A stretch of DNA of 64,000 nt from the human T2T-CHM13v2.0 reference genome, Homo sapiens, in assembly GCF_009914755.1 (NCBI RefSeq), contig NC_060929.1; one strand, written 5' to 3'. The translations under genes were made by a program, and so were the position numbers. Shown here piece by piece: positions 40,461 through 54,851 of this stretch. The notes below the pieces were generated by a model. That model saw only the letters and a program-made list of their open reading frames with translations. It did not search any database and had not been told where the DNA came from. The first letter of the stretch is position 1. Every line of letters begins with the position of its first letter.

Positions 40461-43400
40461 AGTTGCAGGAACTATTTCTTCAAAGGATATTTTATGTGAA
40501 AGTGTAGCAAAGAAAACAGGTAGAAGTGAGTTATGTTGATTGAAATGGACATGAGACAGGGCAGCAGCCCAGCAGCCTCTCCCACCTCCTCCCCTAAAAC
40601 AACCACTGAGTCACTTCTGTTGAGCCCCTAAGTCTCTGTGGAATGCTGGTTGAAAATCATGGCTCTAGGTGTTGGTTTTGGCTTTTGGTTGTTACGATTC
40701 TTACATATGTTATAAGCCCCTGCACTCAAAATGTTCTACAAAATTGTTTTCTTCCAAATTGAAATTAGCAAAGTTAGTTCTAACCAACAACATGAAGTAT
40801 AACTGATACCAATCAGCAAACATGTATTTAGCACCTTTTGTATACCAGTCACTGTGCTAAATCTAGGGAATATAAAATTCATAAAACACAGTCTCTTCCC
40901 AGCAATCCTACATCTTTTCTTTCAGAACAGTGAGGACTTTATAATCTAGACCCAAGGAAGAAATATGAAGGGAGAAAACAAACAAACAAACAAATTGGCT
41001 TTTTGGAGGGAAATACACTTGTGGATGTTTTGTTTGTTTTTTGATTGTGTGCAGGGGCCACTTTGGCCTAAATGGCTGTCATGTCATAGTCAAAGTACTA
41101 TTTCTCCTCTGAGAAGCATATATTCTTTAGCAGAAAATAAAAGAGAGAGACAGTTCTAACCACCTCCCCCCAACCCTCCCAAAAAGACCCACCCTTAGGT
41201 GCCTTTGATTCTCTTTCCCATATTTGAAAGGATCCAAATCCTTGTCCTTCATGGATGAGGTGTTTTAGCTGTCCATAATTAGATTATTATTCCAGACACT
41301 GTCGGAATGCTTCTTGCTGAGGAGGGAGGATTAGGCCAAGAAGGCTGGAGCAAGCGTGCAGCCAGTCATCTGCCCCGTGCCTGGCAAAGGAGATTATGAC
41401 TCTGGAACTGAGGTTTCTGGCTGAGCCTTTGTTGCTTAATTAGTCTCCTGTCTCTTTTCCCTTTATGACAGTGGCAGAATCCAGGATGCACCCCTTTTTA
41501 AATGAATGCAAATGTTTCTAACAAAGTTTTATAATCATTCATTTTAAACAAATCAGAAAATATTCAAAACCACTCTAGTCGCAGGGAATTCAGAGACAGG
41601 AAATAACTTTTAAAAGCATATGTTTCTCAAGGGAGTAAAGTAGCAAATACCATCCCTTTAAATTCTGTTTAACATGAAGCCTTTGTTGACTGCTCATGAT
41701 GGTTCTGCATAATGTAATGCTCTTTTAAGTGAATATTATTTAGCTTCTTCACGTGAGTCAATGCGGCCTCATGGATGTGTACATTTAGATGCTGATCACA
41801 ACCAGAAGTCCATGTATAAAATGGTTACAATTTAATTAACTGGTAATAGATCTAATGCAATGTCACGTTAAAGGGAATGTATAAATACTGCTTTATGAAC
41901 CAGCCTCTGCAGAAAGTGTAGACACCGGCCATTCTGTCTCCACTTGCTTGGGATGAGTTATGGGATAGCCCTATTAACTGCAAAGGAGTGTGAAATTGGG
42001 CTGGGGCGGGGGTGGGGACACCCATTGTTAAACAGCTGTGTCCAGCCAATCAACCTTGAAGAGTCTGACTTCACAGGTCAATAAAGATTTCTGACACTGT
42101 TAATTTCATTTTAGGAGACACCATTGAAATTCATCAATCATGCCTTGTCTTTGCTTTTGATGGAGAAAGGAAGAGAGAAAGTTCTGATGGCTCATAAGTA
42201 GGTTTAAGCTAAAAGAAAAAAAAAAACAGCATTAGTTCAACCTGTTCACCTTACAGGTGGAGAAACAGAGCTCCAGAGCAGGGAGGGACCCAGGCTGTCC
42301 ACACTGTCCAGCAACACCACATACTACTGGTGAGGTCAAAGACCTCGGGGGTCTTACTCAAACCCTAAGATCCCTTGAGTCTTATCTGGACTTGTTGCTT
42401 TAGGAGATGAGCCCCTTGGACACTAAAGTGCATTCATTCCACAGTTCTGTGTTTAGCACCAAACAAGCGAAAATGTGTTCCATTGCTTTTCTTCCACCAG
42501 CTAAGCAGGCCCTAGGTGAGAGTTTTATTCCTACTACCGGAGGTATATATCTCCTGCTGCCTTGGTAGAATGGAAGGAAGGAACCAGAGGTCTCATACCT
42601 TCTGTGAATGACACCTGAGGCAAATCCCTAGCCAAGGTTAGGGCCCCACACATGGACTCCCTGTATTTCCCTTAGGAAAGTGGTGCTTACCTGTTATTGT
42701 TACTTATTGTCTTCCCTGCCCAGTTGAAAGCTCACAGCAAAAATGCAAAATCCGTACCTATTTAGCTTACGATTGTGCCATCAGGGTCTAGCATAGCACC
42801 TGGCACTTGGTGGATGCTTTATGATTATTGCCCCAGAATGAATGAATTAACCTCAGATCTGTGAGCCTTCCTCTGCAAAATGGGAATGATAACACCTATC
42901 TGCCCTATTTGGGGATGAAGGAGATAGCATGTATGGAAGAGTCGTGGGATACTCCATAAAAGTGAAGAGATAGTTCATGTGGGTTACTGGTAGTATTACC
43001 TTGTAGGCTTTAGCTGTATTGCATTTAGCTCTTCCTAAATTTTCCTTTGACAAGGAATACATTTGAGTTATTTTCGGTAACATTAACTGACAGTATCCTG
43101 CCTAGAATGGGAGACCCCTAACATTTAAAGAAATCTCATGTGCATTCCTTTCTCCCGCATTGTAGATTAGGGAGGGGCCGAGACAGGTTGATTTACCTGC
43201 CTGGCATCATGCAGGGAATTTGGCTAAGCCAGAGCTAGGTCACGGGACCCCTCCTTCTGTCCCTCTCAGCTCAGTGCTTCAAATCTTCATTTCTGTTGGA
43301 GAAGCTGTAGAGTATTTAATTAGGTACAGTCTGAAATGTGATATATGTCAGCGCTCATTACTGCAGTGGGGCTGGTAGGTATTATTCTCCAGTGCTACAC

Positions 43401-44467
43401 CCCATTGTAGTTCAGTGACCCCAATTAACTCCAGCACTCAAGACAGCCCAGCCAGGCAGGCATCACCAAGGGCCACTTGAAGCAGGTACTCAGATTCCCT
43501 AGAGTCCATCAGACACGCTCTTCTCCACCTCAGTCTGACCTGCTGTCCTTCCCCTGAGCCTCCCTGTTGATGCTGAACAGAAGCCTTAAGAGGTTGAGAA
43601 GCATTTACCAGGTAAGAGCCACTAGGTCATTGTGCTCAGCACTAAGCTGGGCTCCATTTTATCTCCCTGGAGGCTGCACCCTCAAGACCCTCAAGTTGTC
43701 AGTGCAATGGGCAAGAGAAGGGTGCTTTAGGATCCTATCAGAATCAGGAATAAATCCCTCTTCTGAACTAGACCCCATTTTTATTCTTTTAATGTTAACA
43801 TCAGGAAAGGCAAAAGAAGACTGGCGAGTTGGTCCAGATTAAAGAAAATGAAAGACACATGGTAACTAGATATAATGCAGAATCCCTGATTGGATCTTGG
43901 TTTGAGAAAAAAAAAAGCTATAAAAGCAATTTGGAGACAGACAATAACAAGTGTTAGCAAGGACGTGGAGAAATTGGAACCCTCAGACATTGCTGGTGGT
44001 TCTATAAGTGATGTAGCCACTTTGGAAAACAGTCTGGCAATTCCTTAAAAGGTTAAACATACAGTGACCATATGACCCAGCAGTCCCACTCCTAGGTATA
44101 TACCCAAGAGAAATGGAAACAGATGGCCACAGAAAAACTTGTACATGAGTGTTTATAGCAGCATTATTTATAGTAGACAAAAGGTGGGAACAACTGAAAT
44201 GTCTACTTATGAGTGGATTTATAAAATATGTGTATATATACCTACTGTGGAATATTATTCAGCTGTAAAAAGGAATGAAGTACTGATACACACTACAACA
44301 TGGATGAACCTTGAAAACGTTATACTACGTGAAAGAAGCCAGACACAAAGACCACGTATTGCATGATTCCATTTATACGGAATATCCAGAATAGGCAAAT
44401 CCCTGGAGATGGAAAGTAGATTTATGGTTTCTAAGGGCTCAGGGGAGGGAGAAGGGGAGTGACTGAT

Positions 44468-44819
44468 TGTCTTAGTCTATTCAGACTGCTATATCAAAAG
44501 ACCACAAACTGGATAGCTTATAAACAACAGGAATTTATTTCTCACATTCCTGGAAGCTGGGAAGTCCAGGAGCAAGGCAGTGGCAGATTCAGTGTCTGAT
44601 GAGGGCCCGCTTTCTAGTTCGTAGACGGTGCCTTCTTATTTGTGCCCTTACATAGTAGAAAGGATGAGCAATCTCTCTAGGGTCTTATTTCTAAGGGCAC
44701 TAATCCAAGCCCTCATGACCCAATCACTCCCAAAGGCCCTACCTCCTAATACCATTACCTTTGGATTTGAATTTCAACATATGAATTCCAGAGGGGACAC
44801 AAACATTCACACCATAGCA
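44468..44819 (-). mobile_element. MaLR solo LTR (MLT1A-like)
   Basis: 'tgtcttagtctattcagactgctat...acacaaacattcacaccatagca'; TSD CTGAT (44463-44467) / CTCAT (44820-44824). Confidence 0.88.
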
Positions 44820-44980
44820 CTCATAATGGGTACAGAGTTTCTTTTTAGGATGATGAAAATAATCTGAAATTAGATAGCGTTGATGTTTATACAACTTTAT
44901 AAGAATACTAAAAAACACTGAATTGTATGCTTTAAAAGAGTAAATTTTGTGTTATGTGATTTATATGTCACTTTTAAAAA

Positions 44981-45361
<381 letters not shown>

Positions 45362-47039
45362 TTATATAGGAGAATGTTCCTTTGCTCGACAGATGCATGC
45401 TGAAGTACTCAGTGACCAAGCATTATGATATCTGCAGTTTACTTCCATGTGACTCAGAAAAAAAATGTATATAATGTATATATAGGCAGACAGCAAATGC
45501 GGTAAAATATTAACAATCGGTAAATCTTGGTGAGTAAGAAGAGTAAATCTTTTTACTCTTTTTAAAACTTTTCTATTGAAATTGTTCAAAATTGTAGGCT
45601 GACACATAGTATTTTTACAAGACAATGAGGTGGAATTTTTAGAATACCAAGAGACAGAGATAAGTCAAAGGGCTTTTGGCTGTCCACAGTGACCCTTTGG
45701 TCTCTGTCCAAGACAAGGATAAATGAACACTTGTTTCCTCTTTTCTTGGATGAAATCAATTGCATTTCTAAGCCGTACAGACCCCCACTTAGCAGTTCTC
45801 AGAGAGTGCCTGAAATCTACAGCCCAATACTGTGGGCTCTTCATGCCAACTGTCAAAAGAGTGGGCTTTCTTATGACTTCCAGTGGGCCAGAAATTATAG
45901 CCAATGGGAACACCAGTCAGAGCTCCCTTCCTGACCTCATTCTAGGATCATTCCAGGGGCAGTAGTTAGGCTGACTTTCTTTACCAGTCTCTAAGGGAAA
46001 CACTAAAATAGCCAGCGAGCGTAATTTCTGGAGAGACAGATTTCTTGATGAGTATTCTAAACCTTACATGTTCTCCCCTTCTTGCAGTATTTATAGTTTG
46101 GGAATGGATGTAGGGAGCCTTGTGGTAACATATCAAGACTTTAGTTCCCTGTTCCCCTTCCCCCAGACAATCAGCAGGGTGTCATGCAGTCTTGAAGGAA
46201 AATTTGTGCACATCCCTTCCAGAACAAAGGGTGAAACCCTACTTGAGAACAGTAGACCTGGAAGGGACCTCAGGAAATAAGGGACCTCAGAATGTCTTCA
46301 ATTTCCTGATGCTGACGAGGCCTTTCACAAGAGAAGCCCACTGATTTCACACCTCATGGCTACCCAGGAAATACACTCAGGAGCATTTGCAAAAGTCTTT
46401 AAACCAACTACTGCTTTTACAGTGTACAGACTGAGTTTTCAATGTGCAGATTTGCTATGAATTTATAGAGTGTTTTGATTCTAAATTCACAATGTGCATC
46501 TTTAATGGCTCCAAGTTTGGATAATTTTATGCTGTTTATATCCTAGCAGCAATGGTTTATGCATATTTCCCAAGTTATTACCCTCCTAGGAGAAGAGCGA
46601 ACAGCCTCCTTTTACAAAAGACAGTCCCATATGTCCTGGTTTAGTGCATCTCTCTTCAAAGATCACTTTGCATTGAGATGTCAGGAAAGCGTGACAGCTG
46701 GATGAAGCACCTACCCCAGTTTGCAAGCAGGTGGGTTTTCGGTTTTCTGGACCCTCTTACCCAGCTCCCAGATGGCCATGCATTTGAAAATCGCCAATTA
46801 GGCACTTTGCAGTCACCTGGAGTTTTTCTATTGAGACATGTTTCAATCTCATTAAAAAAAAAAAAATGTTGCCCACCTTCCTCCACTCTCATCAGAAAAG
46901 AAATTTATTAACATGCAATGAGAACTTTAAAAAACTCATCCAGAAGCTTTCTTTCTGAGAGTCCAGCCTGAGGTGATAATCAGAAATGTGGGATGTATAG
47001 AATGTTTATTGAAACTTAAAGAAATTTTTCTATTGTGGC

Positions 47040-47525
47040 AAAATATATGTAACATGAAAACAATTTAATAGTAGGAAACTGGAAGCAAGTAAATATCGAG
47101 CATTAGGGAATATGATATTCCATGTATTCAAATATAATACATTCTTTGAAAATACTTTCAAAGAACTTTTAATAGCAGGAAATTTCTCTTGACATATCAT
47201 GAGTGAAGAAAGCAGGCTCCAGACCTCCAATTAGGTCTTTAGATTTCAGATTTCAGGCACATGCATTGAAACAAGATAAATAAAGGAACTACAAAATTCT
47301 TAACAGTGATGATTATTGGATGGTAGGATTATGGAGGATTTCTTTAATTAAATTTTTTATTTTGAGTTAATTATGGATTTCACATGCACTTGTAAGAAAA
47401 ATTACAGGGAGATCCTATGAACCCTTTACCTAGTTTCCTATAGAGGATTTAAATTTTCTCCTTTGTGCTTTTCTCTTTTCCCAACAATCTACAGTCAGGG
47501 AAAATAAAATTAAAGACTATCATTA
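47040..47525 (+). mobile_element. L1ME 3' fragments
   Basis: 'aactggaagcaagtaaatatc...ttaacagtgatgattattggatggtaggattatgg'. Confidence 0.55.
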
Positions 47526-47545
47526 AAAAAAAAAAAAAACAGCTT

Positions 47546-47838
47546 CCCAGGTGTGATGACTCAAGTCTTTAATTCTGGCACTTTGGGAGGCTGAGGTGAG
47601 AGGATCCCTTGAGACCAGGAGTTCAAGATAAGCCTGGACAAGGTAGCCAGACCCTGTCTCTATAAAAATAAAAATAAAAAAATATTAGCGGGGTGTGGTG
47701 GTGCCTACCTGTAGTCCTAGCCACACAAGAGACTGAGGTGGAAGGATTGCCTGAGCCCAGGAGTTAGAAGCTGCGATGAGCTTGATTGTGCCATTGCACT
47801 CCAGCCTGGGCGACAGAGCAAGACCCTCTAAAACAAAC
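47546..47838 (+). mobile_element. AluJ
   Basis: 'aggattgcctgagcccaggagttagaagctgcgatgagc...gagcaagaccct'. Confidence 0.9.
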
Positions 47839-49806
47839 AGAACTTATTCATCCTTCTGGAGAACTTTGCTCCAAATTTTAATTGATCTCTCCTTTTCCTG
47901 TGTACCCATAGCTCATTACCTAGGCTTTCAGTCCCCTGTAGATCTTAGCACCTTCTGCTAATATTGGAGTTAATTGGATCCCATGCCTTTGTATGGTCTT
48001 TCATACAGTGAGTTCATGCTGGATAATCACAACATTCCTTCCAAAAGCATGAAGTTGACCCAAACTATTTAGAGAAGACAGGAAGAGAAACACGTTTTTA
48101 TATTAAAATAAAGTTAAAATAAAACATCCAAATCATGGCGTGGTAAGTACGATTTGCAATATGGGATGAATATTTAAGGTGAAGCAAAGTAGCTGTGGCT
48201 ACTTGGGGCCAAAAGCTTCCCAGATGCTCCTGCTCTAAGCACATGATGTTTTTTGGGGAAAGTGGTAGCAGGTAGAGGGTGGCAGAAAGTGTGAGAAGCA
48301 CTTGTTGTAGGTGACCCAGACATGCCTCTTGAATTGAATTCGGTGATCTGCTTCTTCAGCTGCTTTCTTGTCCCTGCCCAGCAGGATGCCAGGAAACACA
48401 TAGCCCTGTAGAAAATCACTGGAGAAGAGGATGATTGGAGTTCTTCATTTCTTAAAAAACAGTTTAGGTTTTCCCTGTCTGCCCTAGGGCCCATGTCTTG
48501 CTGGAAAATATGCTACTTAGAAATTAAGGCCTCTGGGTTCAATTTTTGGCCCCAGTGTTGACCTCTGTGTAAGCCTGGCAGGATGTCTCATTTCTGGGTC
48601 ACCTTTTCCTTGCCAACATAATGAGGTATGTAGACCAAATCATTGCTAAGAGGCTTCTAACTCTAAGACACTAGGTTTAGTCAGCCAAAAGCATGTGATT
48701 TTCCCAGATTTCCCAAACTCCTTGTACCTAATTGAAAGTACACAATGAACTTGCAAGAATTTAAGCATCCTTAGATGCCAGTCTTCACTTTGGGTATTTT
48801 CCTGCCTCCTCAGTGAAACTTGACACCTCTAGTTTGTCATTAAAAAAAGAAAAAGTCTCAAGAAAAAGAAGGTTGTAGAAACTGATTAACAGGATATCCC
48901 CTTTTTCCTTTCCCCTGAAGATTATCTTGGGAATGTCAAAAGCAAATTTTATAGGCAGCTTGGTCTTTTACAAGAGATATGTTTACAAAGCATGAAATTA
49001 ACATTTTTGCACAGAGCCAAATAATTGCTTATAACATAGTGACTTTAGAAGCAGGTTTGCAGCTTGAGCAGTTATTAGCAAGGTCAGATGGTACATACAA
49101 TTAACAGACTCCATCACCAAAGCAAAGTTAGCCAAGCACCTTGTAAGGGAGCAAGTCCCTACCCGTGAAGAGTTCACCCATGACGTCATTTCAAATATTG
49201 GGCACAGCACAGTCCATTGACACTGAAGTTCACTGAATACCACAGTGTTAGAGGGTCAACCCACTCATGGAGCTTCAGACTCCTACGAGTCCACCATAAA
49301 AGGTTACACTCCCTGGGTTGGCTAAAGAGACTCAGCCAAACAGCATCCAAGCAACTTCTTACCACAGAGGTAGCTGTACTTTCAGGCTCTCACCCAGACT
49401 AAATATCACATTAGAGTTAAGGAGCCCCAAATGACAACATTCAAGGGGAAGAGACAGTAGAGCAGACAGGTCTGGATAAACAGTGTGCACATCTGAGTAA
49501 CAATTTAGGATATCCTTAAGTTTATAAAGATGGCAAAAGAATATTAAATCGCATTCAGAAAAATCTATTCAAGGAAGTGTGTTGGTGTGTAACTTTGGAC
49601 TTGCATTCTTATTGGTAGTGTTAGGTGGTATAACAGATCAAACCTGAATTATCAGTGTTGTAACACCTGAGATTTATTTCTCATTTAATAAAGTTTAAAT
49701 TATACTCTGGTATAGGTCTTAAGAGTACCTCATAAGAGAAAAGGAAGAGGAAATGGATTTCTCAAGAAGTTTCCAGGGAACTTATTAATATTAAAATTCA
49801 CTTTGG

Positions 49807-49935
49807 AGCCAGGTGCAGTGGCTCACGCCTGTAATCCCAACACTTTGGGAGGCCAAGGCGAGAGGATTGCTTGAGACCAAGAGTTCAAGACCAGCCTGGG
49901 CCACATAGTGAGACCCCCCATCCCTACTTAAAAAA
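49807..49935 (+). mobile_element. FLAM / AluJ left monomer
   Basis: 'gccaggtgcagtggctcacgcctgtaatccc...aggattgcttgagacc...cacatagtgagacccc'. Confidence 0.88.
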
Positions 49936-50124
49936 TAGAGTTTATTTTGGAAAATATAAAGAATCTGAGATGCCCTCATCTCATTGTGGCTCAAATCCAG
50001 GTGTGTGGAAGAGGAAAAAAACCTCTCCCTTCCTCTCTGCTCACCCCTCTGGCATAGTTTGTACTCTAGAACAAAAGGGAAAAATAAATGTTCCTCTACG
50101 GCTTGGCTGGGGTCAGGTTTTACA

Positions 50125-50340
50125 GAGTAAAGCATTGCAGGCATTAGAGTTAGGCAGACCTGGGTTCAAATCCTAACTTTATCACTTGCTAAACCTGTGT
50201 GGCATTGAGCAAGTTACTTAACACTTGTAAAATCCTAGCTACCTTGGGGATAACTATACCCACCTCATGGGGTTGTTTTGAGGATAAAATGAGCTAGTGC
50301 ATTGAGAAGGAATTATTCCAGGAACCAGCACATAGTAGAC
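50125..50340 (+). mobile_element. MIR
   Basis: 'agagttaggcagacctgggttcaaatcct...gagcaagttacttaac...cacctcatggggttgttttgaggataaaatgag'. Confidence 0.85.
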
Positions 50341-51173
<833 letters not shown>

Positions 51174-52633
51174 ACAGGTGCTGCTAAAAAGTATTAAGCT
51201 TAATAAATGCTAGCTATTATTGTTCCTTTCCAAGAATTTTCTACTACATCCCAACATTATTGACTCTTCTATTGGATTTTGTGAATACATAATTTTTAAA
51301 AATACACACAAAAAAGTCCTATTGATCCATTTGGTATTCTGAAAGCAGAATCTATAATATACTAGAACCACTTGGTCTATTATGATGTGCTTCCTCCTTC
51401 ATGTGGTATCAGAAGGACACTAAAAGCAGCCTGGCTCAATATATCTATAAATGCTGTGTCCTTTGAGCCCTGACATGTTTCAGAAATGTGAGACTGTCAG
51501 AACCAGAGCCGGGCCCAGCTGGACGTGGCTGGGGCCAGTGGACTTGGCAGGCCTACTGAACTAGGTTGGCTTCCACAACCCAAGCAAGGTTGCCTCCAGG
51601 CCTCTAACAGTGAGTGGTTATAGGCTGGTGGGCAGAGAACAGTGTCAGTGGAGGGAGCCTGGTATGGTTGAGGCAGACAGGACATTAGAGAGTCTGGGAC
51701 ATCCTTCGGAAGGGAATTAGGGGCTGGACTGGCAGAGGGTAGGAGGGACTGGGCTCTTGAGTCAGAAGACCAAGGGGAAGCCCACAGTGACACCAAGGTG
51801 AGAGGTGGGACCTTGTCTGAAGGAAGAAGGAAAGAGTCTGGGCACTGAAGCTAGCAGAACAAGTCCAGGTAGTCTGACCCAAGCAGGGATACTGAGCCCC
51901 ACAACCTCGGGTCCAGAGGTCTTACTCTTTCTTATCAAAGGCCAGACTAACCTTCAAAGCCAAGTGGCTTGGCTGAGGTTCCTAATGGAGATGAAGGGGG
52001 TCTCAACTTTTAGAACATATTTGACTCATTCATGTGTGACTATACTTGATAAATGCATGTCAGCTATCTGGCTTCAAACTGGAGCTTCTACAAACTCTAC
52101 TGCCCAACAAAAGCTTACATCTCACATCTTTCAGCCTATACCCACACATCTATTTCCTGCGGTGTGCCCTGAAGTTGGAACAGTAGAGTAGGCATTCCTC
52201 ATGCATACTAGATCTAGCTCTATTATTTTACTTAGTTCTATGTAGTCTAATTGTGTGACTGGATACCCAGTTATATGGTTAATCAAAGTTAGCATCATTC
52301 TGCTTAAGAACAAGGGCAGGGCCAGGCTGGAGATGGCCTGGACCCACGTGCTTGACAGGCCTTTTACAGAACAATAAGAGGCAAATGGAGTGATTTCTGC
52401 ATCCCTGGTTGAACAACATGAGACCACTGGTGTCACGGGTGACCCAGTTCAGAGGACGATGATGAGCACTTCCATGTGCATGGTCCTTCACGTTACAAAA
52501 CGCTTTCCTATGCATGTTGCCCTTTGATCCTCCAGTCAGCTGGATGAAGTATCCTCCTTCTTCTCCAGATGAAGAGACTGAGGCCTGGTCATTACACACC
52601 ATGTTCAGGGTCACTTGTGAAATTGGAACTCCT

Positions 52634-52932
<299 letters not shown>

Positions 52933-53126
52933 GGGATACCAAGTGGCCAGTCTAAATTCATTTGCTTGTGTGGCCCACTGGATGCCTTAAAAAAGGATAA
53001 AGTGGACAAGTAGTATGTCCAAAGAAACAATAGCCTGGACAGATATTTGAGTCCTGTAAATGAGGCTGGGGCTGTATGTAGATCTGGTGGTGCTTGCTGT
53101 AAGGGTTTAATAATAGAGCCAAAGCC

Positions 53127-53409
<283 letters not shown>

Positions 53410-54449
53410 AATAATAGAGCCAAAGCCTCTTTTAGATGATTTTGCTGCATTCAAGCTTTCTAAGTCCAAGGGGTTGTGTGTGGGTGTGTCTGTCTGTCTG
53501 TCCTTCTCATTATGTGTTCATTTCTATCTGGTGAGGAAGCAGAAGTCATTATGTCTATAAATCTTGCATCTTTTGAGCCTTGACATATTTTAGACAATGT
53601 CCCAGTGGATGCCACATGTCCAGTCATCTGTGACTCCTTCAGGAAACTAAAATGCACACCTAGAGAGGAAAGAGTCAAAAGCCAGAAATGCAGGTAGAGT
53701 CCACGCTGAGGCTCAGGTCATCCAATAGAGTGTTTCTTAGAAAATAAGCCTTCTGCAGTATGCAGAGGAAAGGCTTTCCTCCCTACCTCCAGCTGCTGCT
53801 CTGCCTCCTTCCTGCATAGTTTTTTAAAGCATGCAAAATGAAATGAGGCCCTTCACGTATGAGACAGCTATTTTCTCAGGTCTCATGCCTTCCTTATGAA
53901 TAGCTCAAATAATACAACTTATAATTGTGCTTTGCCTGGCAGCATATTTTTGCCTTCTGAGTTATAGTTGATATTTCCTGGCAAGTAAATACCCTTGGGA
54001 ATGAGCCTCTTCTGTCCCACCTGGTGCAGGCGGCCCCTCTGTTAGTGTTCCTACCCGCCCTGGCCTCCAGGGCTGCCTCCCTGCAGTTCTTAGGTCTTTT
54101 CGCCAAGAAGCGCTCCCCAACTTCCTCACTTATCCCAGGGGCACAGGGAGGTCTGAGCACCCCTCCTGAGGGAGCCATGCCAATCTGATTAATTAAGGTA
54201 AATAGGGGAGTGATCGGTAGTGGCTTAAACTCCAGTCAGGTAACCTAGGTAATGGCAGGGAGTCTGTGCCACTGCTGACAAGTAATGTGGGATTAATTTC
54301 TTCCCAGATCTATGGCCTTCTTTTAGGCTCAGGGTCCTCTTCAGGAGCCTCAAAAAGGAACTAGGCTATTGGATAACAGGGGGAGGGGAATTGGTAACAG
54401 TCAGCCAGGGTTACCTGTGGGTGTTTTGTCCCTCCAGGAACACCACGTG

Positions 54450-54718
54450 GGCAGTGTAATGGAGTATAGTGGGCAGACATCAGAGGCCTGGGGGTCAGCG
54501 CCACTCACCTGCATCAGGAACTTGAGCAAATCCCTCCTGAACCTTGCGTTAGCCAGCTCCATGTTCCTATCCCAGCTACCACTTCCATGTCAGTTTCCTC
54601 ATCTATAAAATAGGAACGATAATAATAGTGCCACCCTCTAGGCTTGTGGTGAAGATAAGGACTTGAAATTGCCTAGCACAGAGCCTGGAACATAGAGAGT
54701 CCAATAAGTGTTAGCATT
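54450..54718 (+). mobile_element. MIR
   Basis: 'tcagtttcctcatctataaaataggaacgataataatag...cctagcacagagcctggaacatagagagtccaataagtgttagc'. Confidence 0.75.
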
Positions 54719-54772
54719 TCAGGTCTTCTCTATGGGAGAAAGAGGCTCGGAGTGCTCTGTCTTATATGTACT

Positions 54773-54851
54773 CTTTTTTTACAGACAGGGTCTCACTCTG
54801 TCACCCAGGCTGGAGTGCAGGGGCCAGATCATAGCTTACTGCAACCTTGAA
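54773..54851 (-). mobile_element. Alu 3' fragment (J-type)
   Basis: 'agacagggtctcactctgtcacccaggctggagtgcag...gatcatagcttactgcaaccttgaa'. Confidence 0.8.

Noticed and set aside
46262-46290. Short direct repeat AAGGGACCTCAG x2 (similarly CACTTTCCCA x2 at ~36633)
   Set aside because: Typical slippage micro-duplications with no further structure.
54025-54048. Possible CTCF site (minus strand CTAACAGAGGGGCCGC)
   Set aside because: It deviates from the CCASYAGRKGGCRS core in both spacing and 5' bases.
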